Origin: a virus
Lineage: Duplodnaviria > Caudoviricetes
Length of the DNA: 64,000 nucleotides
Reading direction: 5' to 3' (one strand)
Virus record (IMG/VR): IMGVR_UViG_3300011008_000999
Shown piece by piece: positions 1 through 10,325 of the stretch. Position 1 is the stretch's first letter. The number at the start of each line of letters is the position of its first letter. Under the pieces are notes generated by a model. The model did not search any database, was not told where the DNA came from, and saw nothing but the letters and a program-made list of their open reading frames with translations. Position numbers and translations under genes: made by a program.

Positions 1-135
1 ATATGCAAATGCACGGTGTAAGTTAACTTCATTAGCATATACTACGAAGTCTTTACACATTTCATCTTTAAGATTCATCTGGCGCAACTTAAATACACCA
101 GTTGAAGTCTCTTCAGTATGTTTTGCTCTCGCCAT
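1..135 (-). CDS. Type II topoisomerase subunit A (GyrA/ParC-like), N-terminal fragment running off the window
   Basis: Manual translation MARAKHTEETSTGVFKLRQMNLKDEMCKDFVVYANEVNLHRAF resembles the GyrA/ParC start (Y-A-x-x-V-x-x-x-R-A); GGAG RBS; directly downstream of subunit B. Confidence 0.75.
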   Translation of the reverse strand, partial: MARAKHTEETSTGVFKLRQMNLKDEMCKDFVVYANEVNLHRAFAY

Positions 136-240
136 GTTTAATTCTCCTTGTTTTTATGATATTATACCACAATCTGTTTTACAAATAAATAGTTCTTCAT
201 AAAATTCTCAGAGAGATTTTCATCTCCCTGAGACTTTGTT

Positions 241-2154
241 TTATTCATCGTAATCTGTGCAATGATCTTCAAGATATACACGTCTAGGTTCAACGTCTGC
301 ACCTTTGAACATTTCAAGATACTCATTAAACTCTTCCATATTGTCAGTAACTAACTGAACAAGATCACGAGTTTCAGGATTTACTAACTGCTCATAAGCC
401 TCTTCCTGAGTCAACTCACCAAGACCTTTTGCACGAGCCAGTTTGTAAGGTTTCTTGTTATTCTTTTTCCAATTCTCAAGTTCAGCATCAGTCTGGAATA
501 ACAAGTATGAATCATCACTGAATGTTACTTTATACAAAGCACCATGTACACGATAAATATGTCCATTAGAAATAAGTTCAGGACATAACCAGTTAAATAC
601 TGTAAGCAGAAGTAATGCAATATCATAACCATCAGCATCTTCATCAGTAGCGATAATTATATACTGATATCTCAACTTCTTAGGATCGTAAATAATCTTA
701 CCAGTAGATTTATCAATGTCAAGACCTAATGCCTTAACAATGTTTGCGATTTCTGCATTACCGAGAACCTTATCTGGTGCAGCTTTCTGACAACAAAGAA
801 TTTTACCTCTAATAGGGAAGCAAGCCTGGAACTCAGAATCTTTAACTGCATTAATTGAAGATCCAGCAGAATCACCTTCTACTATATATAACTCACATTT
901 AGATCTATCTTTCTTGTTCTTAGGATAAGCATCTGAAAGCTTAGACGGAAGATCAACAAATATAGATTTCTTATTTACTTTACCTGCATCACGAATCTTT
1001 TCCTTTGCTTTCTGAGCAGCTTCTCTAGCACGTCTTGCCTGAAGAGCTCTTTCAACAATAATCTTCGCATCAGCAGGATTGTTAATAAGCCAAGTAGCAA
1101 AATCACCACCAACAACTGAGTTGATAATCTTTGCATCAATATCATCGATACGAGATTTATTCTGCGCATCATACTTAGCAGTTGTTGTAGTCATATTACA
1201 TACTACATAAAGACCTTCTGCAATTTCAGCATTATTGAAGTTTCTGTCATTCTTCTTAAGAAGACCAACATCTGTAGCATACTTATTAACCGCCTTAACG
1301 AAAGCTGTATGGAATGCTTTAATATGTTCACCTGCATCAGTAAGACCGAGGTTTACATAAGCATCAATACTTTCAGCGTAGTCAGAAGTATAAGTAATAC
1401 AGATATTAAGTCTGTCTTTACCAATAGCACGATTCATTACAAATCTATTAGAGAATAATTCTTTTCCCTTAACCTTACGATCAACATAAGCATTGATTCC
1501 GCCAGGCTCAGCAAAAGTCATCTCTGTTCCATCCATAGTGAACTCAATTGTAAGTTCAGGACAAAGTGCTGCGATTACTTCAAAATGTGATTTGAGAAGA
1601 GTATCATCTGGTACATTCTCTCCAAAGAACTGTGGATCTGGATGCCATGTAACAATTGTACCAGAATCATGTTTAATCTTACCAACTTTTCTCTTCTTAA
1701 AGATACCATCTACGAAGTCAAGTTCCTCATATTGACCATCACGATAGGTAATAACATTAAGACTAGAACTTAACCAGTTAGTAAGTTTAGCACCAATACC
1801 ATTAAGACCAAGTGCAGTACCTTCATAAACACCGTCCGCTGAAGTCTTACCAGAAGTATTGAGCTTGTCAAAGGATCTCTGAAGAATTGTTTCTCCATCT
1901 TCATCAATACCTGCATTAACGATGAAACCTTGGCCGTTATCTTCAACGATATAGGTATTTGATTTTGTGTCGATAGTAATCTTTATCTTATTACCATGAC
2001 CAATTGCATGTTCATCGACTGCATTGGCAAAGATCTCTTTAACGAGGTTAGTATTTTTCTTACTAGAACCAAGATAAGTACTTGGTACTCTTCGAGTAAA
2101 CTCTCTCGGAGTTTCAGTAACAATACTGTCTTCGGTATATAGATTTTTACCCAT
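241..2154 (-). CDS. gyrB: Type IIA topoisomerase subunit B (GyrB/ParE-like)
   Basis: GHKL motifs EIFANAVDE, DNGQG, GLNGIGAK; Toprim motifs VEGDSAG, PIRGKIL, ATDEDADG; KGLGE. GyrB versus ParE not resolvable by eye. Confidence 0.93.
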   Translation of the reverse strand: MGKNLYTEDSIVTETPREFTRRVPSTYLGSSKKNTNLVKEIFANAVDEHAIGHGNKIKITIDTKSNTYIVEDNGQGFIVNAGIDEDGETILQRSFDKLNTSGKTSADGVYEGTALGLNGIGAKLTNWLSSSLNVITYRDGQYEELDFVDGIFKKRKVGKIKHDSGTIVTWHPDPQFFGENVPDDTLLKSHFEVIAALCPELTIEFTMDGTEMTFAEPGGINAYVDRKVKGKELFSNRFVMNRAIGKDRLNICITYTSDYAESIDAYVNLGLTDAGEHIKAFHTAFVKAVNKYATDVGLLKKNDRNFNNAEIAEGLYVVCNMTTTTAKYDAQNKSRIDDIDAKIINSVVGGDFATWLINNPADAKIIVERALQARRAREAAQKAKEKIRDAGKVNKKSIFVDLPSKLSDAYPKNKKDRSKCELYIVEGDSAGSSINAVKDSEFQACFPIRGKILCCQKAAPDKVLGNAEIANIVKALGLDIDKSTGKIIYDPKKLRYQYIIIATDEDADGYDIALLLLTVFNWLCPELISNGHIYRVHGALYKVTFSDDSYLLFQTDAELENWKKNNKKPYKLARAKGLGELTQEEAYEQLVNPETRDLVQLVTDNMEEFNEYLEMFKGADVEPRRVYLEDHCTDYDE

Positions 2155-2188
2155 TACTACATTCCTTTCTACATTAATCTACTATTTT

Positions 2189-2222
2189 ATTATATCAAGT
2201 TATATTCAATTTGTAAATAGTT
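2189..2222 (-). promoter_or_regulatory. Class I promoter AACTA-TTTACA-N17-TATAAT (representative of about 16 copies)
   Basis: -10 boxes start (+ coordinates) at 161, 2189, 7143, 7433, 19050, 25186, 27412, 30001, 31735, 32272, 34218, 40234, 45750, 58769, 61173, 63667; all have a 17-bp spacer. Confidence 0.88.
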
Positions 2223-2750
2223 TTACGCAAAAACCGCTTTAGGTTCAGTCTCATTCTTAAAAGCGAGTATCATGTCTATAATTGTAGGAATATCTTGAGT
2301 AGCATCAATAATAATATCACATATTTTATTGAAGTCTCTAAACATGTACCAATCATTATCAAGTCTACCTAAAATATCTGGACCTTTATCACCTCTAGCT
2401 AACATTCTAGATGCACAATCACAAGGTTCGAGATCAAGACCAATAACCTTAAAGTTCTTATAACCATTTTCTTTAAGAGTCTCAATACCTGCCGGATCTA
2501 CAATGTAAAAGTCACAACCATCTAACATTTCACCAGTAACACAATAATCGTATCCATTAAAGTGTGTATAAGCTACTTTGTTAACAAGCTTATCAAACTC
2601 TTCTATTGTGATATAAGTATGTCCACCTTCTCCAGGATAGCGTGGAGGTCTAGTTGTATAACTGTCAGGTGATTTATATCCAAGCTTATTAAGCTCAGAT
2701 ACTACTGTACTTTTACCACAACCACTCGGTCCAATAATACAATATAACAT
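2223..2750 (-). CDS. gmk: Guanylate kinase-like protein
   Basis: GPSGCGKS P-loop and SYTTRPPRYPGE motif; start moved to the ATG at 2750, 7 nt after AGGAG. Confidence 0.88.
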   Translation of the reverse strand: MLYCIIGPSGCGKSTVVSELNKLGYKSPDSYTTRPPRYPGEGGHTYITIEEFDKLVNKVAYTHFNGYDYCVTGEMLDGCDFYIVDPAGIETLKENGYKNFKVIGLDLEPCDCASRMLARGDKGPDILGRLDNDWYMFRDFNKICDIIIDATQDIPTIIDMILAFKNETEPKAVFA

Positions 2751-2974
2751 ATACATTCTCCTTTTTAACCATAAATAGTTCTTCGTTCGCAAACTAATAA
2801 AATTAACTACTTTACCACTATTATTTTGATGGTAAAATAGTCAATTTTTATTTATTCATTAAATAGATTTTCGATCTCTTTTTACTTCGAAAGTCTCCTC
2901 TCTAAAAATATAAATAAAAGAGAGCTAGCATTCAAAAAGAATACTAGTTCTCTTCTTATATTATTAAATAGCCT

Positions 2975-4363
2975 TTAAAGATTGTTAATTTTGCCAATAA
3001 AGAGACATTCATGAGTCTCAGTATCATAGATCATAAATACAAATGGACGATCGAGAATAATCTCATGTACTTCTGTATTTCTAACAGGCATAACACTCTT
3101 CTCAAGTGTAATTGCAGTTACTGCTGCTGCTTCAGTTCCAGTAGGATTAACATCTATAAATGTCTTCTGAATAACATCTGATACAGAAACAGGTGTATCA
3201 CAAAGACAATTTGTATAGTCATTATTTCCTGCTCTAAATGCTGGAGCTAATCCATTATTGTAAAGTGCATTAAAAATATGGTTCTCATCTTCGATTCTAA
3301 ACTGAGGAATACCAATATTTACATCATATCCATATACTGCATTACTAAGCATATCATCAAGATCAAGCTCAGATACAGAAAAATCAGTATCAGCCTTAGG
3401 AAGAATACCAACAAATACCATATTAGAATTTGCATAAGGCTTCATAAATGCCTCGCACCAGTTACTCTCATAATATGTATCAAGACCATATTCATACATC
3501 ATAGTTACATTAGAAGTAGATCCATCTGCATTTGTAAATACTGCATCTCTGCAATTGTTTTCAGTAAACTCTGTTTCCCAATTACTAAGGAAATAAATAG
3601 AATTGATGAGAACTCCATCATTCATTGCAAGAGTTTCAGGTGTAATAATAAAAGGAATCTTTCCGTCAGTAGCGCCTTCACACCAAGAATTGATTATATC
3701 TGCGCTTGCAGGATCAGTAAAATCTAAAGACTGAGTTCTACCATAATAATACTGACTAAGAATTGTTCTGTAATAATCAGTAGGAGTAGTTCCATAATTA
3801 AACCATGCACTATTTGCTATACTAAGAGGCGTAGTATCATCTGAAAACATATATCTTGAAATAAGCGCATTGTTTCTAGCTCTAATTCCAAGAAGTGTAT
3901 TAGGATAATTCGCACTGCTTAGATACTGAATAAGCGCATTATATGATTCTGTATCATCATTTGCACCTTCGAGCAAAAGTGAAAGTGCCATATTCAAACT
4001 TGTTTCACTGAGAATAGTATTTCCCATAGGATCATTATTCTCACGATCTACATAATCAAGAATTTTTGTAATATTCTGAAGAGAATAATCATCATTAAAT
4101 TCGTAATCAGTATTGACAATAAAATCAAATTCATTATCATTTAATGCAGATACAACACTATCATCTGCAGATATTTTTTGCGTCTTATTATCATCGATAA
4201 TCTGCTTTGGATTTGTGTTATTGTTTACATCTGTATCTGATATAATTGTATCTGATATAGGCTCCGGCTCATCTGGAAGTACTCTAGCATTATTTCCACA
4301 TCCAGTAAGCATAGAAAATACCATTGCGACACAAAGTGTAATTGCTGTAAAACGCTTTTTCAT
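2975..4363 (-). CDS. Serpin family lipoprotein
   Basis: Lipobox LTGC; INSWC..AT.GKI, NSIYF...W...F, hinge GTEAAAVT, C-terminal DRPFVFMIYD...LFIGKI serpin signature. Confidence 0.92.
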   Translation of the reverse strand: MKKRFTAITLCVAMVFSMLTGCGNNARVLPDEPEPISDTIISDTDVNNNTNPKQIIDDNKTQKISADDSVVSALNDNEFDFIVNTDYEFNDDYSLQNITKILDYVDRENNDPMGNTILSETSLNMALSLLLEGANDDTESYNALIQYLSSANYPNTLLGIRARNNALISRYMFSDDTTPLSIANSAWFNYGTTPTDYYRTILSQYYYGRTQSLDFTDPASADIINSWCEGATDGKIPFIITPETLAMNDGVLINSIYFLSNWETEFTENNCRDAVFTNADGSTSNVTMMYEYGLDTYYESNWCEAFMKPYANSNMVFVGILPKADTDFSVSELDLDDMLSNAVYGYDVNIGIPQFRIEDENHIFNALYNNGLAPAFRAGNNDYTNCLCDTPVSVSDVIQKTFIDVNPTGTEAAAVTAITLEKSVMPVRNTEVHEIILDRPFVFMIYDTETHECLFIGKINNL

Positions 4364-4378
4364 AAATCTCTCCTTTAG

Positions 4379-5089
4379 TTAACTAGTTACAAATAATTTT
4401 TTATAATCACACCAATCAGGTGGATTTAACTGTGGAAGTGTAGTAGGGAAACCATTAATATCATTGATTTCTTCAATAAGATCACTATCTTTTTTAGGAA
4501 CTTCAACACCACACGCAAGTTTAGCAATCCTATCTACATATTCATTTCCTTGAATATCTGTGTGTCCATAGACATGTCTAAAAGAAATGTGATAACCTTG
4601 ACCACGGAGTTTATCTACAAATGTAGCATAATTACTATTATAGAACTTTTTAGCGGACCACACTTTATCTGCCCAATTAGCAATTCCTTCATAATCATAA
4701 TAGATCACAATTTCTTTGTATTGTTTGATTTTAAGGTACTTAAGCGTTTCGTATGCAGCACGTACTTCTCCTTCAACATTACGACCGCTATCAGTCATCT
4801 TAAATCTACCACAAATAATTTTCTTTTTGTTTCCGTGCATTAAAAAAGAAGCATATCCGCAGGTTTCATCAGAAGGATTATAACTACCATCAACATAAAC
4901 TATAATCGCATCTTCTGAAGTTTCATCTGGTTGAACCTGGGTTCTATTCAGATATGTCTCAGCTTCTTCTTTTGTCATAAAAGACTTATATTCAGCACAT
5001 GGAAAATGCTTGATCTGAGCTTCACACTCAGACCAAGTATTAAATAATCCAGTTTGTCGTCCAACACGTACTGCATAAACTTTAGACAT
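4379..5089 (-). CDS. rnhA: Ribonuclease H1 with N-terminal hybrid-binding (caulimovirus viroplasmin-like) domain
   Basis: YAVRVGRQTGLFNTWSEC...YKSF; YVDGSY, NVEGE, YDYEGI, HVYGH...GNEYVDRIAK. Confidence 0.92.
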   Translation of the reverse strand: MSKVYAVRVGRQTGLFNTWSECEAQIKHFPCAEYKSFMTKEEAETYLNRTQVQPDETSEDAIIVYVDGSYNPSDETCGYASFLMHGNKKKIICGRFKMTDSGRNVEGEVRAAYETLKYLKIKQYKEIVIYYDYEGIANWADKVWSAKKFYNSNYATFVDKLRGQGYHISFRHVYGHTDIQGNEYVDRIAKLACGVEVPKKDSDLIEEINDINGFPTTLPQLNPPDWCDYKKLFVTS

Positions 5090-5619
5090 TAAAATCTCTC
5101 CAATTCTTTTGTTATTACAATATGATAGTTTGAATCTACAATGGTACGATAATTACGATAATTAGCATCTTTAATAGGATCAAAACTCAAAATAGTGGAA
5201 ATGATAAGATCATTAGACTTATATTCTCTATTTGTATATGTGTATATATTAGACTCGCGTTCAAATAAAGTATTTAATTCATACTCACAAGCATCTCGAA
5301 TAAGTTTAACTATATCATCATCAATATTAATTTCTTTAAGAGCTTGCCAGTTAGGCTGAACTACTACTGATTGAAGTAAATATTCTTCTGGAGTGAAATA
5401 AAGAGAAATATCTGCATAATCTATTCCGTAGAAATTATCAGTTACAGTAAGAATACCAGCTCGCTTAGAAAATAATCCATTACGAGGAGCTTCAAACTTA
5501 ATAAGTCTATCCTTAAGTTTATCATAAGCGGTTTCATACGTATCTTTTCTTACCGTAATTTCTATTTCTGGAAGTAAGTTAATAGCGTCAAATATTACTG
5601 AATTCTTTTCAATTCTCAC
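5089..5619 (-). CDS. Hypothetical protein
   Basis: 176-aa ORF coupled to both neighbours. Confidence 0.7.
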   Translation of the reverse strand: MRIEKNSVIFDAINLLPEIEITVRKDTYETAYDKLKDRLIKFEAPRNGLFSKRAGILTVTDNFYGIDYADISLYFTPEEYLLQSVVVQPNWQALKEINIDDDIVKLIRDACEYELNTLFERESNIYTYTNREYKSNDLIISTILSFDPIKDANYRNYRTIVDSNYHIVITKELERF

Positions 5620-6212
5620 TTTGTCTCCTTATCTGCCTGCCATACTTCAAGGCCACTCATATACTTTCTAGATGCGATATAATCTGCAATATGGATCATT
5701 TTTTCAAAATCTGTTCTAGGTTTACTCATAGCTACACTAGAATACTTAGATGTACACCACTTACCCATGTGAGTACGAATTGCATCACAAATCATTGTAA
5801 CTGTAAGATCATCAATCTTATCAGCTTCAAGATGTTCTCTTACAAAATCCGCCGCACAAAGAGGATGCTCAAAGACTGTATGGTCACAATAAGAACCATC
5901 TTCCTTTACCTTACCATGTTTAAGACCATCATGGAAAAGCGCGGCCACTCTTGCAATATCTCTATTTGCAGGAGTATCTCTCACAAACATTTCAGTCTCT
6001 ACAAGATCCATAGCACATCTGCAAACCATAAGAGTGTGTCTCAACAGACCACCTTCACCAAGGCTAATTGATGGATGATACTTACCAGAAGAACTTGCAG
6101 CTACATGCCAAAAATAATCCGGCAGATCCTCAGTCATCTTTTTAGTAGACTTCTTAAGTTTGTCATTAGTGATCTGCTCAATCTCATTCATAAATTGTTT
6201 TTTGTAGTCCAT
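5616..6212 (-). CDS. HD-domain phosphohydrolase
   Basis: ASSSGKYHP, GGLLRHT, ALFHDGLK, HMGKW, HIADYIAS. Confidence 0.88.
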   Translation of the reverse strand: MDYKKQFMNEIEQITNDKLKKSTKKMTEDLPDYFWHVAASSSGKYHPSISLGEGGLLRHTLMVCRCAMDLVETEMFVRDTPANRDIARVAALFHDGLKHGKVKEDGSYCDHTVFEHPLCAADFVREHLEADKIDDLTVTMICDAIRTHMGKWCTSKYSSVAMSKPRTDFEKMIHIADYIASRKYMSGLEVWQADKETK

Positions 6213-6236
6213 TTATTTACTTATCTCCTTCTACAT

Positions 6237-6563
6237 TTATTTATCTCCTTCTATAAAGTTATCTATTTGTTCCATTAGATCTGAATCAATACAGCGACTA
6301 TCTAGATCTTCATAAAGACTGGATAAGTAGTCGCTTTCAGCCATATAACCGCCTTCATCATCAAATGCGACCGCATTACGACGATTAACAGTGTTTATTA
6401 TATTTTGTATTAATGAATCACACGTAGAACAAACCTAAAATCTACCTTCAAATTTTGGGTTTATTGTACGTACTTCACTTCCTTTAGGTATAAATTCATT
6501 GCAGTATTTACACCTATGATCAGTTCTTGTAGTTGTATAATAGTTGTTTTTATAGTTTTTCAT
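6237..6563 (-). pseudogene. 108-codon zinc-binding (2x CxxC) protein gene with an in-frame TAG at codon 43
   Basis: Manual translation MKNYK...RCKYCNEF...EGRF*VCSTCDSL...FIEGDK; TAG at 6435-6437; fills the gap between neighbours. Confidence 0.7.
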
Positions 6564-6565
6564 AA

Positions 6566-7123
6566 TTATGCGATCTTTGCATGTCCTGAACGAAGTAGAT
6601 CTACAAAATCCTGTACATAATACTCTTCATGAGAGCAAGTACTTCCATCATACTCATCAGGTACAAAATTAAATTTATAGTTATCTACCACATTTCTATT
6701 GAAACCTTCTTCAATATGGCAGACTTTGTCAATTCTACTAGTAGGATCACAAGTTACTATTCCCATAAATCTACCACTTACTGCCATCATAGGAACAATA
6801 AAGCGCACATTTTCTACACCTTCACTCATAATTGCCTGACAAAGTTCATCATTTGTGATCCATTCGCCATTAACAAGCTTATCTTTAATACTCTGAATTG
6901 AGATCTTCTTGAAGTTATCAATATAGATCTTATTCTTATTCCAGGTAAAGAACTTACCCTTCTTATCTTCTCTTACTGTACGCTTAAACTCACGATACTC
7001 ACCATTAACAGTAGTTTCTACACATACAGTAGTTTCACAAAGATTATTTCTCCAAACTTTAATTACTTCATTGCCACAGTCATACAAATAAGTCATGTTA
7101 TCTACCTCCAATAGAATAAACAT
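6566..7123 (-). CDS. Hypothetical protein
   Basis: ORF downstream of a conserved promoter; true start probably the MTYLY ATG after GGAGG. Confidence 0.75.
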   Translation of the reverse strand: MFILLEVDNMTYLYDCGNEVIKVWRNNLCETTVCVETTVNGEYREFKRTVREDKKGKFFTWNKNKIYIDNFKKISIQSIKDKLVNGEWITNDELCQAIMSEGVENVRFIVPMMAVSGRFMGIVTCDPTSRIDKVCHIEEGFNRNVVDNYKFNFVPDEYDGSTCSHEEYYVQDFVDLLRSGHAKIA

Positions 7124-7195
7124 TAATTGTTCCTATAGTGATATTATAACATGACTCTTATGTTTTGTAAATAGTTTTTGTTCATATTGAGTTTT

Positions 7196-7405
7196 TTATA
7201 ACTCTACTTTCATAGTCTCTTGGTCGACCCATTTATCTGGTTCTAACCATAATATTGTTCCAGTTTTAAGATTAACTGCATTAGAGTGTTCACCATAACA
7301 TTCAACAAATGGTGGCAACTTCATTACTTGTTTATCTTTATAAGTAAACTTAGTACCTTGTTCAAGTTCGTCTATAGTAATATATCTCTCATCAGGACTA
7401 AACAT
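7196..7405 (-). CDS. Hypothetical small protein
   Basis: AAGGAG RBS and its own promoter copy. Confidence 0.7.
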   Translation of the reverse strand: MFSPDERYITIDELEQGTKFTYKDKQVMKLPPFVECYGEHSNAVNLKTGTILWLEPDKWVDQETMKVEL

Positions 7406-7464
7406 AGTTTATCTCCTTTCTTAAACAATTTTATTATATCATTATTTGTTTAATAAGTAAATAG

Positions 7465-8532
7465 TTAAACTACTTTTATTCCATTACGTCCATTTTGCTT
7501 TACGTAATAAAGTTGCTCATCTGCAATCTTAATACTATTACTATAATCTGAAACTTCATCATACATACAACCGCCAATTGATACAGTTATGCTGTAATCA
7601 CTAAGTTCAGTTTGAATAGCTGATTTAATTCTAATTGCAGTATCTTCTAGAATTTCTTTACTTACATTAGATAAAATTACTACAAATTCTTCACCACCAA
7701 ATCTAACAAGATAATCATCAGATCTAATAGTTCCTTCTACAGATTTAGATAATCTTTGTAAAATTACATCACCTACATCGTGTCCATAAGTATCATTTAC
7801 TTTCTTAAAGAAGTCAATATCTAATATTAAGAGACCTGCATTTTTAATATTAATCATATTAGTGCCTGGATAACAGATAGTCTTGAATATATTTCTATTA
7901 TAAGCTCCAGTCAATGGATCATGTAAAAGTACATGATTCAACCTAATATTAGATACAAATCTATCTTGGAAAACTTTTTCAATATATGCGATTAATATTT
8001 CTGTTCCTATAATAAGAATAAAATGTAATGCTATAATTGTTAAGAAATCACTATAATGAATAAATAGATCTGCAATAATAATATCTATAAGCATCCATAA
8101 GTGAAATAAAATAGAATAATGTTTTGGTGCAGCAAAACCTAGAAATATAAAGATGCACTCAATAACCATTAATCCTTCATTAGCATGTGTGCGATTTTCT
8201 AAATGAAGTACTGCCCAAGACGTACAAAATACGACAAGATGTGCCATAATATACGCGGCAGGTATACATAATTTATAGTTATTTGATTTTCGTACAATTA
8301 CTATATAAATAGCTAAAAATACGAAAATAGATGCACGCGGTAGAAGAGTTTCCCAAGCAATTCTACCATATAGCATACAGTCTGTACCCCAATAAAAGAA
8401 CGATGCTATTGACGAAGTCAGTATAAGATAAAATACCATTTTTTCATAATATTCATACTTAGACTGATAAAACTCTTCTTTACGCTCTTTTATAATACTG
8501 TTAACACTCGCGTTTAGATTCATTCTTCTCAC
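7465..8532 (-). CDS. Membrane-bound diguanylate cyclase (GGDEF domain)
   Basis: Multiple TM helices, then HDPLTGAYNR, DIDFFKKVNDTYGHDVGD, RFGGEEF, ADEQLYYVKQNGRN. Confidence 0.95.
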   Translation of the reverse strand: MRRMNLNASVNSIIKERKEEFYQSKYEYYEKMVFYLILTSSIASFFYWGTDCMLYGRIAWETLLPRASIFVFLAIYIVIVRKSNNYKLCIPAAYIMAHLVVFCTSWAVLHLENRTHANEGLMVIECIFIFLGFAAPKHYSILFHLWMLIDIIIADLFIHYSDFLTIIALHFILIIGTEILIAYIEKVFQDRFVSNIRLNHVLLHDPLTGAYNRNIFKTICYPGTNMINIKNAGLLILDIDFFKKVNDTYGHDVGDVILQRLSKSVEGTIRSDDYLVRFGGEEFVVILSNVSKEILEDTAIRIKSAIQTELSDYSITVSIGGCMYDEVSDYSNSIKIADEQLYYVKQNGRNGIKVV

Positions 8533-8536
8533 CCTT

Positions 8537-8570
8537 AAAAAACAACGGATAGACTTTACATCTATCCGTT
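8537..8570 (-). terminator. Intrinsic terminator
   Basis: AACGGATAGA/TCTATCCGTT stem followed by a T-run on the minus strand. Confidence 0.7.
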
Positions 8571-8599
8571 TCTTTCATAAGATTTTTTTTGTTAATTTG

Positions 8600-8842
8600 T
8601 TACCATAAAGACTTAGCTGTATTTACGATCCACTGACCAATAGCTAAGAAGCTTGGCATGGTGATACCAAACAAACCAAGTAAGAATCCAATTAGAATAT
8701 ATCCAATTATGACTCTTATACAGTCTTTAATTGAAGACTTAAAGAGGAATTTCATAATAAGACATATAATACACAAAATTACTAAGTTAGTTGGCATTGA
8801 TATCGCAAATGCTATTAAATTGTTCAAAATTGTACTAACCAT
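8600..8842 (-). CDS. Small membrane protein
   Basis: 80 aa, two hydrophobic helices, RBS. Confidence 0.7.
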   Translation of the reverse strand: MVSTILNNLIAFAISMPTNLVILCIICLIMKFLFKSSIKDCIRVIIGYILIGFLLGLFGITMPSFLAIGQWIVNTAKSLW

Positions 8843-8911
8843 CTCATCTATCTCCTTTACATATAAACCGTAAGTTAACTATCAGTTCCTTACTATATTA
8901 TTATTAAATAG

Positions 8912-10321
8912 TCATTCATTATGTATATAGACGGTATATGTATCATCTTCAAAAATAAGCTCCCATTCATCAGAATGTCTTGCTAAAGTTCTATTGACAT
9001 ATTGGATTCTTTGTGCTACTACATATCTATAGTCTTGAACTAAAGCTAAAACTTCTTCATCTGTAGCTAAAGACTTAATAGAATTATTCTCTATTACATA
9101 TCCTTGAGATAATATGATATAGTCTTCCATTACATGAGGTACACCACTAATCTCTTCTGAGAATGCTTCACATCGACTATCTAACTTAATATGAGTACAT
9201 CCATTATACTCTAACCATCCACCTAAATCCATTGCAGTATTGTATATAGGTGCGTCTTTATCTTCTATCGCATTAACTACTGGACCATAATTATATCTAA
9301 TATCCATATTATGCTTTATAAATAATACACATAATCCTATACATAGTAATGTTATACAACTATATGAATATGTATTATTAAGAATATGAAAATCTTCTAT
9401 GATACAAATTAAGAAGATCACTGCAATATACATAATACTAATATGTCTAACATTTATAAGTGCTAAAACTGCTATAGTAAATACATAAAAGTTTATAAAA
9501 TGGTTAGATTTATGCAGATAAAGGTATATAATTGTCACGACCACTAATAAGAATAGTTTAATACCTACATACGTAGTAATTCCTATAGGACCCAACTCAT
9601 TAATGTTAATGATTTTATATGTATTAGCTAAAAATGTTCTAACTATATATAATGATCCATCTATACCATAAGGAGTAAGTAAACTACAAGCCATAAATAA
9701 TGGTGTAAACGTAACTAACTTCCAATCTATATATGGTTTCTTTGGTTGAATAATATATGGAATCATTACTAAACCATGATATAAGAATACTGCTTGATGC
9801 ATATTAGCAGATAAGATTAAAATAGGAAAGATGGGAAGTAAGTATTTAATTGAATCCTTTTTCCTATATAATTCTATAAATATTAGTTGTGCTAATAGAC
9901 AAATAACTGTTATGATCTGTGGTCTAATATTTATCATATAATCATGACAGTATAAAATAGCCGCTATAGAACCAATAAATGCTTTCTTCTTATCATGTGT
10001 TTTCATCATAATAAATACACATGAAAGTCCATATAAAATAAGATTTTGTGCTAATACAAATAGTATATTTCCAACAGTTCCAAATTTATCGATCAATGCT
10101 AAGCATACTGCATATAACCATTGCTGAACTACAATTGGAAAGTCATTTAGATGACTAATAGTATGGAAATTTCCATTAAGTATATCTCTACCACTCATGA
10201 TCTCGAAGAACATATCATTATCTTGAGATTTAAGTAAAAGTATTATATAAAGTATTAACATAAATAGACTAAGTAATGCTATTGGTACGTACTTAATCAT
10301 CTTATTGCAAAAGTTTTTCAT
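8912..10321 (-). CDS. Polytopic membrane protein, probable GT-C-type glycosyltransferase
   Basis: About 10 TM segments, DND acidic motif in the first loop, RPQ and ANMH motifs, adjacent to a GT2 gene. Confidence 0.6.
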   Translation of the reverse strand: MKNFCNKMIKYVPIALLSLFMLILYIILLLKSQDNDMFFEIMSGRDILNGNFHTISHLNDFPIVVQQWLYAVCLALIDKFGTVGNILFVLAQNLILYGLSCVFIMMKTHDKKKAFIGSIAAILYCHDYMINIRPQIITVICLLAQLIFIELYRKKDSIKYLLPIFPILILSANMHQAVFLYHGLVMIPYIIQPKKPYIDWKLVTFTPLFMACSLLTPYGIDGSLYIVRTFLANTYKIININELGPIGITTYVGIKLFLLVVVTIIYLYLHKSNHFINFYVFTIAVLALINVRHISIMYIAVIFLICIIEDFHILNNTYSYSCITLLCIGLCVLFIKHNMDIRYNYGPVVNAIEDKDAPIYNTAMDLGGWLEYNGCTHIKLDSRCEAFSEEISGVPHVMEDYIILSQGYVIENNSIKSLATDEEVLALVQDYRYVVAQRIQYVNRTLARHSDEWELIFEDDTYTVYIHNE

Positions 10322-10325
10322 TTAC

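Noticed and set aside
6237-6563. Genome-wide TAG recoding
   Set aside because: Long genes are intact under code 11 and several end in TAG; only one internal TAG case was found.
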